Source: Octopus sinensis (Eukaryota). Taken from it: a stretch of 64,000 nucleotides of DNA. Of the stretch, positions 12,626 through 26,168 are shown in pieces. Position numbers and translations under genes: made by a program. The first letter of the stretch is position 1; the number at the start of each line of letters is the position of its first letter. Below the pieces are notes generated by a model, which worked only from the letters and a program-made list of their open reading frames with translations, ran no database searches and had not been told where the DNA came from. Location of the stretch: contig NC_042999.1 in the NCBI RefSeq assembly GCF_006345805.1, positions 155,930,001 to 155,994,000 on the forward strand, given 5' to 3'.

Positions 12626-12628
<3 letters not shown>
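12181..12628 (+). mobile_element. R4/Dong-like (RLE) LINE 3' fragment
   Basis: KYKDLEIEISKMWNLKTKTIPVVIGALG...IQKIVLMGTAHILRKILSM* plus 3' UTR, embedded in (AAT)n. Confidence 0.85.
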
Positions 12629-12690
<62 letters not shown>

Positions 12691-12941
12691 GTAATAATCC
12701 TTTCTACTCTAGGTACAAGGCCTGAAATTTGAGGGGAGGGGGCTAGTTAATTACATTGAACCCAGTACTCAACTGGTACTTAATTCATCGATCCCAAAAG
12801 GATGAAAGGCAAAGTTGACATCAGCAGAATTTGAACTCAGAATTTAAAGATGAGCAAAATGCCGCCAAGCATTTTTTCTGGTGTGCTAATGATTCTGCCA
12901 GCTCACTACCTTAATAATAATGATGATGATGATGCTGATGC

Positions 12942-12977
<36 letters not shown>

Positions 12978-13409
12978 CGATGATGATAATAATCTGTTGA
13001 CTGTCTTCTTCATCAGCATTTTATGAGACATCACCAGCTGCATGTTTTCCATGTGTTGGAGCGACTGGCCCCTTTCAACATCCATATTAGGGTATCCTGG
13101 GTGCTATAGGGGTATATAAGACTGCATGGATAACCTGTCTGATGAATGTCTGATGAAGGCATTTGTAAACAATCTGCAGAAACAGATAAGATTAAGGTGA
13201 TTAGAGGGGCTTATGGAATGTATATTGGCTCATAAAGTGTGTAATGTGTGTGTGTGTGTGCGTGTGTACGTGTGTGTGTACACATTTGTGTGTAAGTGTA
13301 TGATTGTGATTGTTCTACTGGCTCTTTCTATGTTCCTCTTCTGCACATCAAACGAGGAATACACATGTACACACATATATGTGCATCTGTGTTTTATACA
13401 TATATGTAT

Positions 13410-13450
<41 letters not shown>

Positions 13451-13696
13451 CACATACACACACACATAGATATATACACATATATATATACATACATCAT
13501 CATCATCATCATCATCATCGTTCAACATCCGTTTTCCATGCTAGCATGGGTTGGACGATTCGACCTGGGTCTGGGAAGCCAGGAGGCTGCACCAGGCTCC
13601 AGTCTGATCTGGCAGTGTTTCTACGGCTGGATGCCCTCCCTAACGCTAACCACTCCGTGAATATATACATATATATGTATGTATCTATGTATGTGT

Positions 13697-13742
<46 letters not shown>

Positions 13743-13898
13743 TCATACAGTTGACAAAACTGTCCAACGAACAGGAATGTGAAACTCCGAGTAACACCTT
13801 TTATTGTATTTCTGCTGCTTTTAAACAAAGCATATTACTCTACCTCTGGTATTTGAGTACTCTGTTTTCCACCTTGTTTCACATTTATGTGCTTACTC

Positions 13899-13987
<89 letters not shown>

Positions 13988-14111
13988 TGTATATATGTAT
14001 GTATATGTATGTGTGTGTGTGTGTGTTTGTGTGTGCATGTGAGTGGCTATGTATGGATGTGGGTGGGAATGCACATTCATGCCTAAGAGTGCATGACAAG
14101 TTAATAGACTG

Positions 14112-15262
14112 GAATGGCTGTGTGGTAAAAAGCTTGCTTACCAACCATATGGTTCCGGGTTCAGTCCCACTGCATGGCACTTTGGGCAAGTGTCTTCTAC
14201 TATAGCCTCAGGCTGACCAAAGCCTTGTGAGTGGATTTGGTAGATGGAAACTGAAAGAAGCCCATCGTGTATCTCTATATATAAACGGCAGTTTGTCTGT
14301 CTGTGTGTCTGTGTGTCTGTCAGGTTGTACCCTCACCCTGACCACGGCTTTCAACCGATTCTGATGAAACTTGACACACACATAGCCCAATGTCATAATT
14401 CAAAACTAACGCAGCAAAAATTTTGAAAAGTCCCCCCAGTTCTGAAAAAAATCGATAAATTCGACATGGGTCGAGAATCTAAGCCTTTTATATGCAACAC
14501 ATTTTCTACAGACTGTCTAGGGGACGCAACTCGACCTTTTTAACTCTCGGAACACGTGGGGTAAGTATCTCAAAATGTATAAAAATGTACAAAAACGGCA
14601 AAAAAGCGGGCAGCAATAAGTGTGACAACAACGAAAAAGTCAAAAGTGACCAAACTGAACAAACGAATGGAAAAGGTTTTTTGGTGCACACAACAAAAGC
14701 GGTTTATAATAAACCAAGAGTTTGCAAGTAGCGTCCGAGGACCCTTAGGGTACATCGAAAATTTAAGGTAAAACGTTTGGGGTGGTTGTTATAAAGAAAG
14801 TGTAAACAAAAAAAGTACTCGAATAACTTGTGGCTGCAGCAGCTATTAGCAGAAGTTGGGGGTAAAGTCTCGAATGTAATTTCTTCCTGGTAGGAATTGG
14901 TTGGGTTGAATTATCGATAGCTGTTTGATAGTTATTTGGGAGTGAAGAGAAGACATTGCAACCTACACATGCGCCTTCATTCCCTAGAGGGAAAGGACTA
15001 GATTGGGATTAGTCGTTGCCTACTAGGGGCTCTTACATACCCGGGCAACGCCGGGCTATGCTGCTAGTATATATATATATGTATGTATGTCTCCGCCTCT
15101 ATCACTTGAGAACTGATGTTGGTGTGTTTACGTCCCTGAAATTTTGCTGTTCTGTAAAAGTGACCGTTAGAATATGTACTAGGTTCACAAAGGATAATTC
15201 CTGGGGTTGATTTGATCAACTAAAGGCAGTGCTCTGACTGAAACAAATCAAAGAATAAAAGA
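14112..15262 (+). mobile_element. CORE-like SINE family A split by the Helitron
   Basis: 5' half at 14112-14271 and 3' half at 15068-15262. Confidence 0.8.
14272..15067 (+). mobile_element. Non-autonomous Helitron nested in a SINE
   Basis: 5' TC start after A, (gtct)n near the 5' end, subterminal hairpin cccgggcaacgccggg (15040-55), CTAG end before T, no TSD. Confidence 0.85.
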
Positions 15263-15607
15263 ACAGACAGTTTCTTTATAGAAACCCCTTATTTCTCACT
15301 AACCAACTTGAAATTCTCCCTTCTGTCTCACTTATTCTTACATTCTCTTAATTCATATATATTTATTTATATATTTATGTTATATTTCTATACATATAGA
15401 TTTGTATTCATTCATATCAATATGTATTAATGTATATGTGTTTTTAGAAATATTAAAAAAATTTTACATCTATGTGTTTTCCATTTGGGAACTTGTTGAT
15501 TGACCTAACATTGTTTCTGAGGTGACCTCTTCAATTATTGTTCGTCTCGGACTAATTCTGAGCACTTCTCAGTTACAGCCCATATATCTCGATAGAAAGG
15601 TTTAATA

Positions 15608-15668
<61 letters not shown>

Positions 15669-15754
15669 GCATATATATATACATACATACATATATATAA
15701 TTGCTTGTTGTCTACACCACCTGTCTTCGTCTTCTGTTTTTTTTGTGAAGTCTT

Positions 15755-15805
<51 letters not shown>

Positions 15806-16875
15806 TATATATGTATGTATATATGTATGTATGTATGTATGTATATATGTATGTATGTATGTATATATGTATGTATGAATCTATGTATGTATATATGTAT
15901 GTATGAATCTATGTATGTATGTGTGTATGTGAGTGTATGTGTGTGTATTGTGTGTCGCGCTGTGTCTCTCTAAGTTACCCTTTCTCTGTCTGCCCCATTC
16001 TCTCTTTGCATTACCCAAACAGAAAACTAATTTTCCACATCAATCATAATAATTACACGCTCGAATGATTTCTACACATCACATTGTGTACGTCTGGTGT
16101 ACAAAGCAGTAAAACATCACTTATGATTCGACACCATCCCATCTTGTACACAAAGACTCAACTCAGGAATAAAGCAAAAAGAAGAAAAAAAAAACAAAAC
16201 AAAAAAAGAGAAGCAAAACTCTTTATTCAATATTTACCTGAGTTATGTGATCTATTTTAGATTAGTTCAGGATTTACATGAAAATGAAAAAGAAACACCA
16301 CCTTTCACTTTCACAAATATATACATACATGGGTGTGTATGCATATCTTCAGTATGGGTATCATCATCATCATCATCGTTTAATGTCCGTTTTCCATGCT
16401 AGCATGGGTTGGATGGTTCAACCAGGGTCTGGGAAGTCAGGAGGCTGCACCAGGCTCCGGTCTGATCTGGCAGTGTTTCTACAGCTGGATGCCCTTCCTA
16501 ACACCAACCACTCCATGAGTGTAGTGGGTGCTTTTACGTGCCACCGGCACAGGGGTCAGAGGAGGTTGGCAACAGCCATGATTGGTTGGTGACTTTTACA
16601 TGCCACTGGCATGGATGCTAGTCAGGGTGGCGCTGGCATTGGCCACGTTCGGATGGTGCTTTTTACGTGCGATCAGTACGGGTATCACAACTACAATTTC
16701 CATTTGATTTTTATTTTGATGTTGATGTACTTGACTCAATAGGTCTCCTCAAGCACACCAGGTTGCCCTACGATCCAAGGTAAGCACAGTAAGCCATCAT
16801 ATGAGCCATGAACTCACTTCATTTGTTGGGTTTTCGCAGTCACAGCATATCTCCAGAGGTCTCAGTCTTTCTTCA

Positions 16876-16943
<68 letters not shown>

Positions 16944-16945
16944 CA

Positions 16946-17312
16946 CAGTAATACCTCGCAATACGAGTTTAATTCATTCCATGACTGAGTTCGTCTTACA
17001 ATTTACTCGTTTTACAAATCAATTTTCCCCATTAAAATTAACTAAAATATAATTAATCCGTTCCGCCCCACAAAAAACACTCCAAAATAATTTTTGTGGG
17101 TTTTAAAACAAGAAAAGATGTAGTTACAAATAAATGACAATTATAAAAAAGAGAATGCAAAGAAATATGTAAACTGGTTTTATTAACTGAATTACCTTAA
17201 AGATAGGATGATCTGTTTGCTCGTACAGAAGGATTCCAATCATACGTCAAGACAAAAATTTGCACAAGTCACGGTTTGTACAATGGGGCACTTGTACTGC
17301 AAGGTTCCACTG
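16946..17312. mobile_element. Tigger/pogo-like MITE
   Basis: TIRs cagtaatacctcgcaatacgagt / acttgtactgcaaggttccactg, inserted in a TA/CA tract. Confidence 0.7.
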
Positions 17313-17329
17313 TATATATATATTTTTCA

Positions 17330-17690
17330 CATGTGAAGGTACGTGGCTCAGTGGTTAGATGTGAAGGTGCATGGCTCAGTGGTTAGAGCAATCATGTGGT
17401 AGTGAATTTGATTTCTGGACCAGGCTGTATGTTGTGTTCTTGAGCAAGAGACTTTATTTCACATTGCTCAGGTTCACTCACCTGTGGAAATGAGTTGTAA
17501 CATCACTGGCACCAAGCTGTATTGGCCTTTATCTTTCCCTTGGATAACATCAAAGCATGGACATGAGAGGCTGCTATGCATGGGTGACTGCTGGTCTTCC
17601 ATAAAGAACCTTGTCCGGAATTGTGCTTCAGAAGGTAACTTTCTAGGTGCAATCTCATGGTCATTCATGACGGAAGGGGGGGTCTTGAAA
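17330..17690 (+). mobile_element. V-domain-like tRNA-derived SINE
   Basis: tggctcagtggttag head (duplicated, 28 bp) and ttgtgttcttgagcaag motif. Related copies near 18.8, 56.0 and 63.8 kb. Confidence 0.6.
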
Positions 17691-18039
17691 TATATATTTA
17701 ACTTTAGTCTAGTGGTGGTCTACCCTTCGGCAGGTGCTGTGCATGTGGACCCTCTCCAGCACTCTCTGTACGACCTGGGAGGGCCTGTATTCTGCCTTGC
17801 TGCTGTTAAGTAGATTACTGGAATTTCCAGTGGGATTTGAACTCAGAATGTAGAGAGCTGAAAGATATTCTGTAAAGCATCTCTGCTGAGACACCAATAA
17901 ATTTTCCTATCTCCCACTAGCAGAGCAATGTGAAATGAAGTGTTTTACTGAAGAACACAGTATACTGTTAGGTATGGGAATCAAACCCACAACCTAGTCC
18001 AACACACTGGGCCAGGGCCATGCATCTTCACACACACAC

Positions 18040-18590
18040 ACACACACATTACTTAATGGAATTCTGTTGGGGTTCGACAATGATGCCAGAAGTGGGAGTG
18101 GAACCCAAGGGCAGACGTGCAGACGTGGCCACATGTTGGGCATGTAACAGCAGATGTTGGGTTGGGGATCCTCTCTTTCCGGACTTGTCACTTCTGGTCC
18201 AGGCTCTTGAGGCGCTTTTCCTCAAACAGCCTAACACCCTTTTGGACAGCTGGACGCCAGGCACCGTGGTCATAGGCAAGCGATGCCCAGCCATGGGCTG
18301 AAATGCCACAGGCCTCAAGGGAATTTTGCAGGCTGTCCTTGTACCACCTCAGTGGCCTTCCAGGGTTTCTTGCTCCAGAAGCTAGCTCAGAGAAGAAGAT
18401 CATCTTTGGTAGATGCATGTCGTCCATTCAGACTACATATCCGACCCACCGGAGCTGGGCCTTCATGATGAGGGCTTCGATCCCAGGCATTTCAGCTCTA
18501 CGAAGCACCTCAGTGTTGGAGACTCTGTCCTCCCAGGAAATTCTCATGATTCGTCGCAAGCAGCTGAGGTTGAAACTGGTTAAGTATTCG
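18040..18590 (-). mobile_element. RTE-clade (BovB-like) LINE 3' fragment
   Basis: [20 protein letters not shown]...QLRWVGYVV...GRPLRWYKDSL, followed by a C-terminal C2H2-like motif. Confidence 0.88.
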
Positions 18591-18698
18591 CATTTGCCTC
18601 CTATACAGTGTCCACGTCCCACAGCCATAGAGCAGAGAGGTGATGACAACTGCCCTATAGACTGCCAGCTTGGTGGCAGTCTATAGGGCAGTCATCAT

Positions 18699-18754
<56 letters not shown>

Positions 18755-20237
18755 AGATATGTGTGTGTGTGTGTGTGTAGGGCACATAGCTTAGCTTAGG
18801 GAAAGATAAAGGCCAATACAGCTTGGTGCCAGTGATGTTGCAACTCATTTCTACAGGTGAGTGAACCTGAGCAACGTGAAATAAAGTGTCTTGCGATCAA
18901 GACAGCGTGGTTTCAATTCCTAGTGCTTTGTATCCTTGAGTAAAATACTTCATCTCATGTTGTTTTGCTATCACTTTGACACCTGATGTGTGGTACTCAG
19001 TGCTCCTGTTCAGACAACATCGATTTGATGGAGAGAGTGAGCTAATGTACAGCACACATATTTGATCATCATATGTGCAGGACGTTTGGCAAAAACTGAT
19101 CTGTCATACGTTGTCTGTGATGAGAGAGTCCATCGTATATATAAATACATACACACATATATATATATGTGTATATGTGTGTGTATATATATATATGTGT
19201 GTGTGGGCATGGCTGTGTGGTTAGGGAGCTTGCTTCCTAGCCACATGGTTTTGGGTTCAGTCCCACCACATGGCACTTTGGGCAAGCGTATTCTGCTATA
19301 GCTCTGGGTCAAATGAAGCTTTGTGGTTGAATTTGGTAGGCTGGAGTTACTGTCGTGTGTGTAGGTGCTGGTCCTACTCCAAGAGAGAGAGAGAGGGATA
19401 TATATATATAAATATGTAAATGGTAAAATAAGGATTCAGATAGAATCAGGTACTTGTAAAGATATGCTCCAGGTAGGGTTGGAGAAACCTGTGGTCCCGG
19501 CCTTTGGCTGATAAATATCAAATAGGATATTCCTGTTGTATACACAGAGAAAACCAACCCTATCAGTATTTAGTGTCTAGGGGCTGATCCAAAGCATGCG
19601 TTTCATTGATTGTACATTGTTGGTATACTCCAGGGTGTGCGACAAGTGGTAAATCTCATTGGTGTATAATAATCAAACGAATAATAACAGACAATGGATA
19701 ATTGTCAGCTCATTACAGCTACACATTTTTTAATAGAAGGAGAATATTACTCTATTACAAAAAAACCGTAATCATCAGATGAAACATAATTTCAAAAACA
19801 AACAAATATCCCAAGAATACGGTAGGGATGTGGCTGAAGTCTATCGAGGCTAACTATGTAATGGGAGAATGACCAACAAAAATTAGCCATTGTGAGTAAT
19901 AAAGGGGTGGGGTTATGTTAAGAATATAGTTTGTGAAAGGGTGTAATATGATATTTAAGGTCAGCGACCCAGTTGAAATAGGAGTCACCTATACCTCACC
20001 TCTAGCCGATCAAAGAACCAGTCTAGCTGACTCCTATTTCACTTGTTTTATTTGTTTCAGTCAGTTGACTGTGGCCATGCTGGAGCACCACATATAGTCA
20101 AACAAATCGACCCCAGGACTTATTCTTTGTACCTATTCTATCAGTTTCTTTAGCCTAACCGCTAAGTTACTGGGATGTAAACACACCAACATCGGTTGTC
20201 AAGTGATAGTAGGAGGCCAAACACAGATACATAAATG

Positions 20238-20278
<41 letters not shown>

Positions 20279-20464
20279 TCATCATCATCATTATTATCAT
20301 CATCGTCGTTTAACGTCCATTTTCCATGCTGGCATGGGTTGGACGGTTTGACTGAAAGCTGGCAAGCCAGAAGTCTAGAACAGCCTCCAATCTGATCTAG
20401 CAAAGTTTCTCCTGCTGGATGCCTTCCTAACGCCAATAGAGGTTAATATTTAACCATCTCACAT

Positions 20465-20513
20465 CATCTCTGATGAAAGGGTATCTATAATATCCCAGAA
20501 ACAGCTGTAAGAC
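20465..20513 (+). ncRNA. Minimal type I hammerhead ribozyme motif, family B
   Basis: tct CTGATGA a-agggtat...atatccc-a GAAA cagct GTA aga; palindromic stem III acagctgt (20501-08); short stem I tct/aga. Confidence 0.7.
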
Positions 20514-20603
20514 TATATCTATATCTTTTCCCTTGTAAATGTCCTGAAAACTCCTCACAACCTTGGCTTTGTTATCTCTTTTGTCTAATATATATATATA
20601 TAT

Positions 20604-20994
20604 ACTCTTTACTCTTTTACTCTTTTACTTGTTTCAGTCATTTGTCCATGCTGGAGCACCGCCTTTAGTCGAGCAAATCGAGCCCAGGACTTTGTAAGCC
20701 TAGTACTTATACTATTGGTCTCTTTTGCCGAACCGCTAAGTTACAGGGATGTAAACACACCAGCATCGGTTGTCAAGCGATGTTGGGACAAACACAGACG
20801 CACAAACATACACACACATATACATATATACATACATACGACAGGCTTCTTTCAGTGTCCGTTCCACCAAATCCACTCACAAGGCTTTAGTCGGCCCGAG
20901 GCTATAGTAGAAGACACTTGCCTAAGGTGCCATGCAGTGGGAATGAACCTGGAACCATGTGGTTGGCAAGCAAGCTTACCACACAGCCACTCCT
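20604..20994 (-). mobile_element. CORE-like SINE family A, full length
   Basis: Reverse complement of the family A consensus. Confidence 0.85.
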
Positions 20995-20999
20995 ACACC

Positions 21000-21062
<63 letters not shown>

Positions 21063-21109
21063 ATGTGTGCCTGCATGTGTGTGTGTGTGTGTGTGAAGTG
21101 AATTTGTTG

Positions 21110-21420
21110 GACATATGAATGTTAAGTCAAGACGAATGGCCAGCAAGTGTGGATGAAGAAAATGGCTTTGTTCAAAAGAAATCAAGAATTTGAAGCAATG
21201 CAGATGTTTAATAAAGCTCTTCAGACAAATCTTCACAATGCAGAAGCTTTAATGCAAGAACTGATATGGCCAGATTCCACATATACCACTTTCCAAATCA
21301 CTGTGATATTTAGAGTCCCTCAAGAGTTGAACTGCCTGTTCGAAGAAATCATAAACGTAAAAAGGACTTCTTTGGAAACATTCAAGAAATTATTGGATGC
21401 ATTCCTAACCAAAATATTAT
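21110..21420 (+). mobile_element. I/Nimb-like LINE 3' fragment
   Basis: LNCLFEEIINV...TFKKLLDAFL resembles LINE ORF2 C-termini. Confidence 0.5.
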
Positions 21421-21870
21421 AATAATAAAAAATAATAATGAAATTATTGTATACAGTGCTCAGGTGCACCACAACTTGTCAAAAGTGCATATAAAGCATA
21501 TGCAATAATGTACAAATGTCTGGAAAGTGAACAATGTATGAGTCAGATTCATGATTGCGTGTTTATGGAGGGAAGAAAATCAGATGTAGTGTTGGCGAAT
21601 CTCAGGAAGTTTTGAAGGATGCAGTGCTCCGACAACTAACAACTGATGCCAGCAGTTTGTTCCATGCTTCAGCAACTCTTAGCGCGAAAAAATGTTTCCG
21701 AAAGTCATGGGACCTGTGCTGTTTTCTGACTTTATAAACATGTCTACGGGTGTTAGATAGGTGGAGTTTTGAAAAGGTGCTCAGAGTTATTGTTGGTAAG
21801 ATGGTTAATAATTTTATGGGTGTCTGCCTTGGCCCAGTCAACTACACAAGGTTACATGCAAGGAAGATCG
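21415..21870 (-). mobile_element. CR1-clade LINE 3' fragment
   Basis: TRRHVYKVRKQH...RKHFFALRVAEAWNKL...SFKTSM, 3' UTR and (TTA)n tail. Confidence 0.85.
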
Positions 21871-22439
21871 GCTCTGACTAACTTCACTAGAGACAAACTT
21901 CCAACCATAAAACTTCAACAAAACTGAGAAAAAAATGTTTATCAATAAATACAAAAAAAAAAAAATGATAAAATAAAGTAGTGCTCCAGCATGGCTGCAG
22001 TTCTTTCATTGAAACCACTGTAAAAATAAAAGAATATTTATAACAATGAGAAATGCTGCCCAATGAAAGGTGTAGCCATCTTACTGAGTCAGGCATATTT
22101 AAATTCTTTTGAGGATTTCAAAATAAATAAATAAAGGTAAATAGTAAAAACAGGCAGCGAAAACCTTAAGAAAAGACATCAAAATTTACTTTGTAAGTTG
22201 GAGTGGATATCTTTACACCATACAAACACAGATCTAGGATATCTGATGTCTCCTACACAGAACACACAACAACATAATAACACGGCACATACACTAGGAA
22301 GTCTTTAAAGATTACTTTCTCTCCTCCTCCTCCGCCTCCTCCCCTTCTTCCTCTCCCCCTCCTCCCCCGCCCCGCCTTTCTTCTTTTCCTCCCCTCCTCC
22401 TCTTCCCTTTTCCTCTTACTCTCATCTCCATTCCATTAA

Positions 22440-22700
22440 CTCCACATAGACTACGTACCTATTGCAGAAGATATTCCACTGGAATCTCTTAAGCCACTAC
22501 ATTGCTTTCACTAAAGGGGTTGGTCCTTACATTACTATGGTGGTATGGGGTTGCCCCATCTTGTTGGAAATAAACCACTGCATCTTCAAAGTCCTCTTGA
22601 ATGCTTGACAAACCAGATCGTCACAGCAAGTTCAAGTAAATGGGGTCAGTCACAATATTGTCCTGGAAGAATGGTCCACTTAATTCTTTTGAGAATCTAT
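22440..22700 (-). mobile_element. Tc1/mariner-superfamily DDE relic
   Basis: GPFFQDNIVT...YLNLL and YFQQDGATPYH. Confidence 0.65.
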
Positions 22701-23423
22701 CTATGATGAAGGCAAGCAAGCTAAAACTGCGAAGTCACAGTCAACCTTTTCCTTATAAAAGTTTAATAAACATCTACTCTCCTAAAAAGTATTGAGAAAT
22801 CCTTTGGTTTAATTTTAAATTGCTTTTATACATAACTTGACAAATATATATATCCTCGTCATCATCATTGTTTAACGTCTGTTTTCCATGCTAGCATGGG
22901 TTGGACGAATGACTGAGGGCTGGCGAACCAGATGGCTGCACCAGGCTTCAATCTTGATCTCGCAGAGTTTCTACAGCTGGATGCCCTTCCTAACGCCAAC
23001 CACTCCAAGAGTGTAGTAGGTGCTTTTTACGTGCCACCAGCACAGGAACCAGTCAAGCGGACCTGGCATCAAACACATTTGGATGGTGCCTTTTACTTTC
23101 CACCATGGGAGCCAGTCAGACGGCCCTGGCATTGATCATATTTGGCACAGGAACAGGAATATATATATATATATACATATAAAAAAGGCAGAAAATTGAA
23201 TATTATATCATTGCCATTACTGTATAGATAAAAAAAAATAGCATATGCAACTCATTATTGTAATTTCATAAACAAACACAAGTTCATGTATAATACTGAT
23301 CTTTCTTCTATTTCAATTATTACATGGTTTTCTCTTCTAAAAACACACACATACAGGAGTAAAATACACATATAAATAATACTTTCAATGTGGCTCCTGA
23401 TAAACAGTAGAAGTAATTACTTG

Positions 23424-23870
23424 GGCTGTGTGGTGAGTCACTTGCTTACCAACCACATGGTTCTGGGTTCATTCCCACTGCATGGTACCTTGGGTAAGTG
23501 TCTTCTACAGCTTTGGTCCGACAAAAGCCTTGTGAGTGGATTTGGCAGATGGAAACTGAAAGAAGCCTGTCATATATGTGGTGTGTGTTTGTGTGTGTGT
23601 GTGTGCATGTGTGTGTGCATGTGTGTGTGTGTCTGTGTGTCTGTGCCTGAGTGCGTGTGTTTGTGTGTCTGTGTTGGTTCCCCCACCATCACCTGACAAC
23701 CGACGCTGGTGTGTTTATGTCCCTGTCACTTAGCAGTTCAGCAAAAGTGACCGATAAAATAAGTACTAGGATTACAAAGAATAAGTCCTGGGGTTGATTT
23801 GTTTGACTAAAAGGTGGTGCTCCAGTGTGGCCACAGTCACATGAATGAAACAAGTTAAAGAATAAAAGAA
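23424..23870 (+). mobile_element. CORE-like SINE family A
   Basis: Full consensus with an expanded (TG)n core. Confidence 0.8.
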
Positions 23871-23884
23871 TACACATATATATG

Positions 23885-23967
<83 letters not shown>

Positions 23968-23979
23968 TTATATACATAC

Positions 23980-24934
23980 ATATACAAAAAATGAGACAAG
24001 AACGCCAAAACATCCAGACAGGTGATACAAAAAAGGGACAAGAAAAAAGATACAAAAGGGATAAGAAAAAAACAAGGACGGGTGATTCGGAGTTTTCTTT
24101 CCTCAGTCAAATTCCAGATCATCATAGCAATTTCAGCTGGTTATACTTGAGATTGCTCCAATGTGGTCAACCCCAAGGAAAAACTAAGCTAAGAGCATTA
24201 GATTCATTGGAAGAAAGCAGCAAATATATATGAAAACAAGGAGTGGGAAAAAAATGAAGAAATGGTACACAAATACAAATGCAAATAGCAGGACATTAAC
24301 AACAGGTGTCTTTCAACTAAGGACGAATTAAAATAAGCTGGCGTGTGTGGAAATGAAGCCTTAGGGCAGGGACATAATGAATGGCAGGTATGGGGAGGAA
24401 TATAGATGTTGCATGGATGGTAGTCGAACCAAGAATGAAAGGTCAGGCTTGGCCAAACACTGGTCACTTAGAGAGAGAGGAGAGAATTAGAAGCAGAGGG
24501 ATAGATGAATTAGGGAGGGATGAGAAAAAAAGAAACAGAGTGAGGTGAAAGAGGCGGGGGGGGAGAGAATGAAGAGAAAGCCAGGAAATGTGAGAGAGGG
24601 GGAATGAAAGAAAGAAGAGAGGAAAGAACGAAGTAAGTGTGAAGGGGCTGACAGAAAGAAAGAAAGAGTGAAAGAATAAAAGTTGTACAAAATTTATATA
24701 TATATATATATATATATGTGTACTTACATATAAGAAACCAAAGTGTACATATGCCGGCATATGTATATAAAAAAGAATACAAAAATATGGGGCAAGAACT
24801 CAAAACATCCAGACAGATGATACAAAAAAGGGACAGGAAAACAACAAGGATGGGTCATTTCGAGTTTTCTTTCATCAGTCGAGTTCCAGATTATCTTTGC
24901 AATTTCAGCTGGTTATACTCAAGATTGCTCCAAT
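23980..24934. repeat. Direct repeat pair (about 160-180 bp) at 23980-24162 and 24776-24934
   Basis: Shared caaaacatccagacag...gcaatttcagctggttatact...gattgctccaat. Confidence 0.8.
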
Positions 24935-24970
24935 CATACATTCATATATATGTGTGTGTATGTATATATA

Positions 24971-25064
<94 letters not shown>

Positions 25065-25078
25065 GTATATACACACAC

Positions 25079-25110
<32 letters not shown>

Positions 25111-25586
25111 GCCAACCACTCTGAGAGTGTAGTGGGTGCTTTTATGGTCAACCGGCATGAGGGCCAGTCAGATGGTACTGGCACATAAAAGTACCCACTA
25201 CACTCTCAGAGTAGTTGGCATTAGGAAGGGCATCCAGCAGTAGAAACTCTGCCAGATCAGATTGGAGCCTGGTGCAGCCATCTGGTTTGCCAGTCCTCAG
25301 TCAAATCGTCCAACCCATGCTAGTATGGAAAGTGGACGTTAAACGATGATGATGATGATATATATATACATATATATATATACACATACATACATACATA
25401 CAGTCATTTATCTCAATGTATGGCAGTTATATTACTCTTGTAGTGTTTATTTGAAAACAAAACAAATCAAAGATTAAATAAACTGAGATGAAGCGATTTC
25501 TATTTCAAAATATGGTTAAGTTTATATATGAGAGGAATTTGTATGAGAAATAACATTAGTAGTTCTGCCTGCTGTTTAATATATAT

Positions 25587-25671
<85 letters not shown>

Positions 25672-26110
25672 CATATATGCTACATAGATGTATGTTATGT
25701 ATGTGCATGTATATGTGTGTGTGTGTCTCTGTGTGCATACACACACATGCTTACACACATGCACGCACACATATATACAATTAAATTAGGCACCAGTTTA
25801 AAAAGAAAATTATATTGTCATTAAAGGACAATTATGTAAATGTGTGTGTGTGTATGCATGTGTATGTACTTATATATCTATAATGTGCTGGTGTATAGCA
25901 ACAAGGCTATACACAGATCATATGCTGCTATATATATATTAATATACATACAAGTGCAGGTGTGGTTGTGTGGTAAAAAGCCTGTTTCCCAACCACACGG
26001 TTCCAGGTTCAGTCCCACTGCATAGCCTCTTGGCCAAGTTTCTTCTATATTCTGGGCTGACCAAAGCCTTGTGAGTTGATTTGGTAGAAGGAAACTGAAA
26101 GAAGCTCATC

Positions 26111-26168
<58 letters not shown>

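Noticed and set aside
19740-19800. Minus-strand CTGATGA followed by a ttac/gtaa stem
   Set aside because: No GAAA or NUH follows the stem, so it is not a hammerhead.
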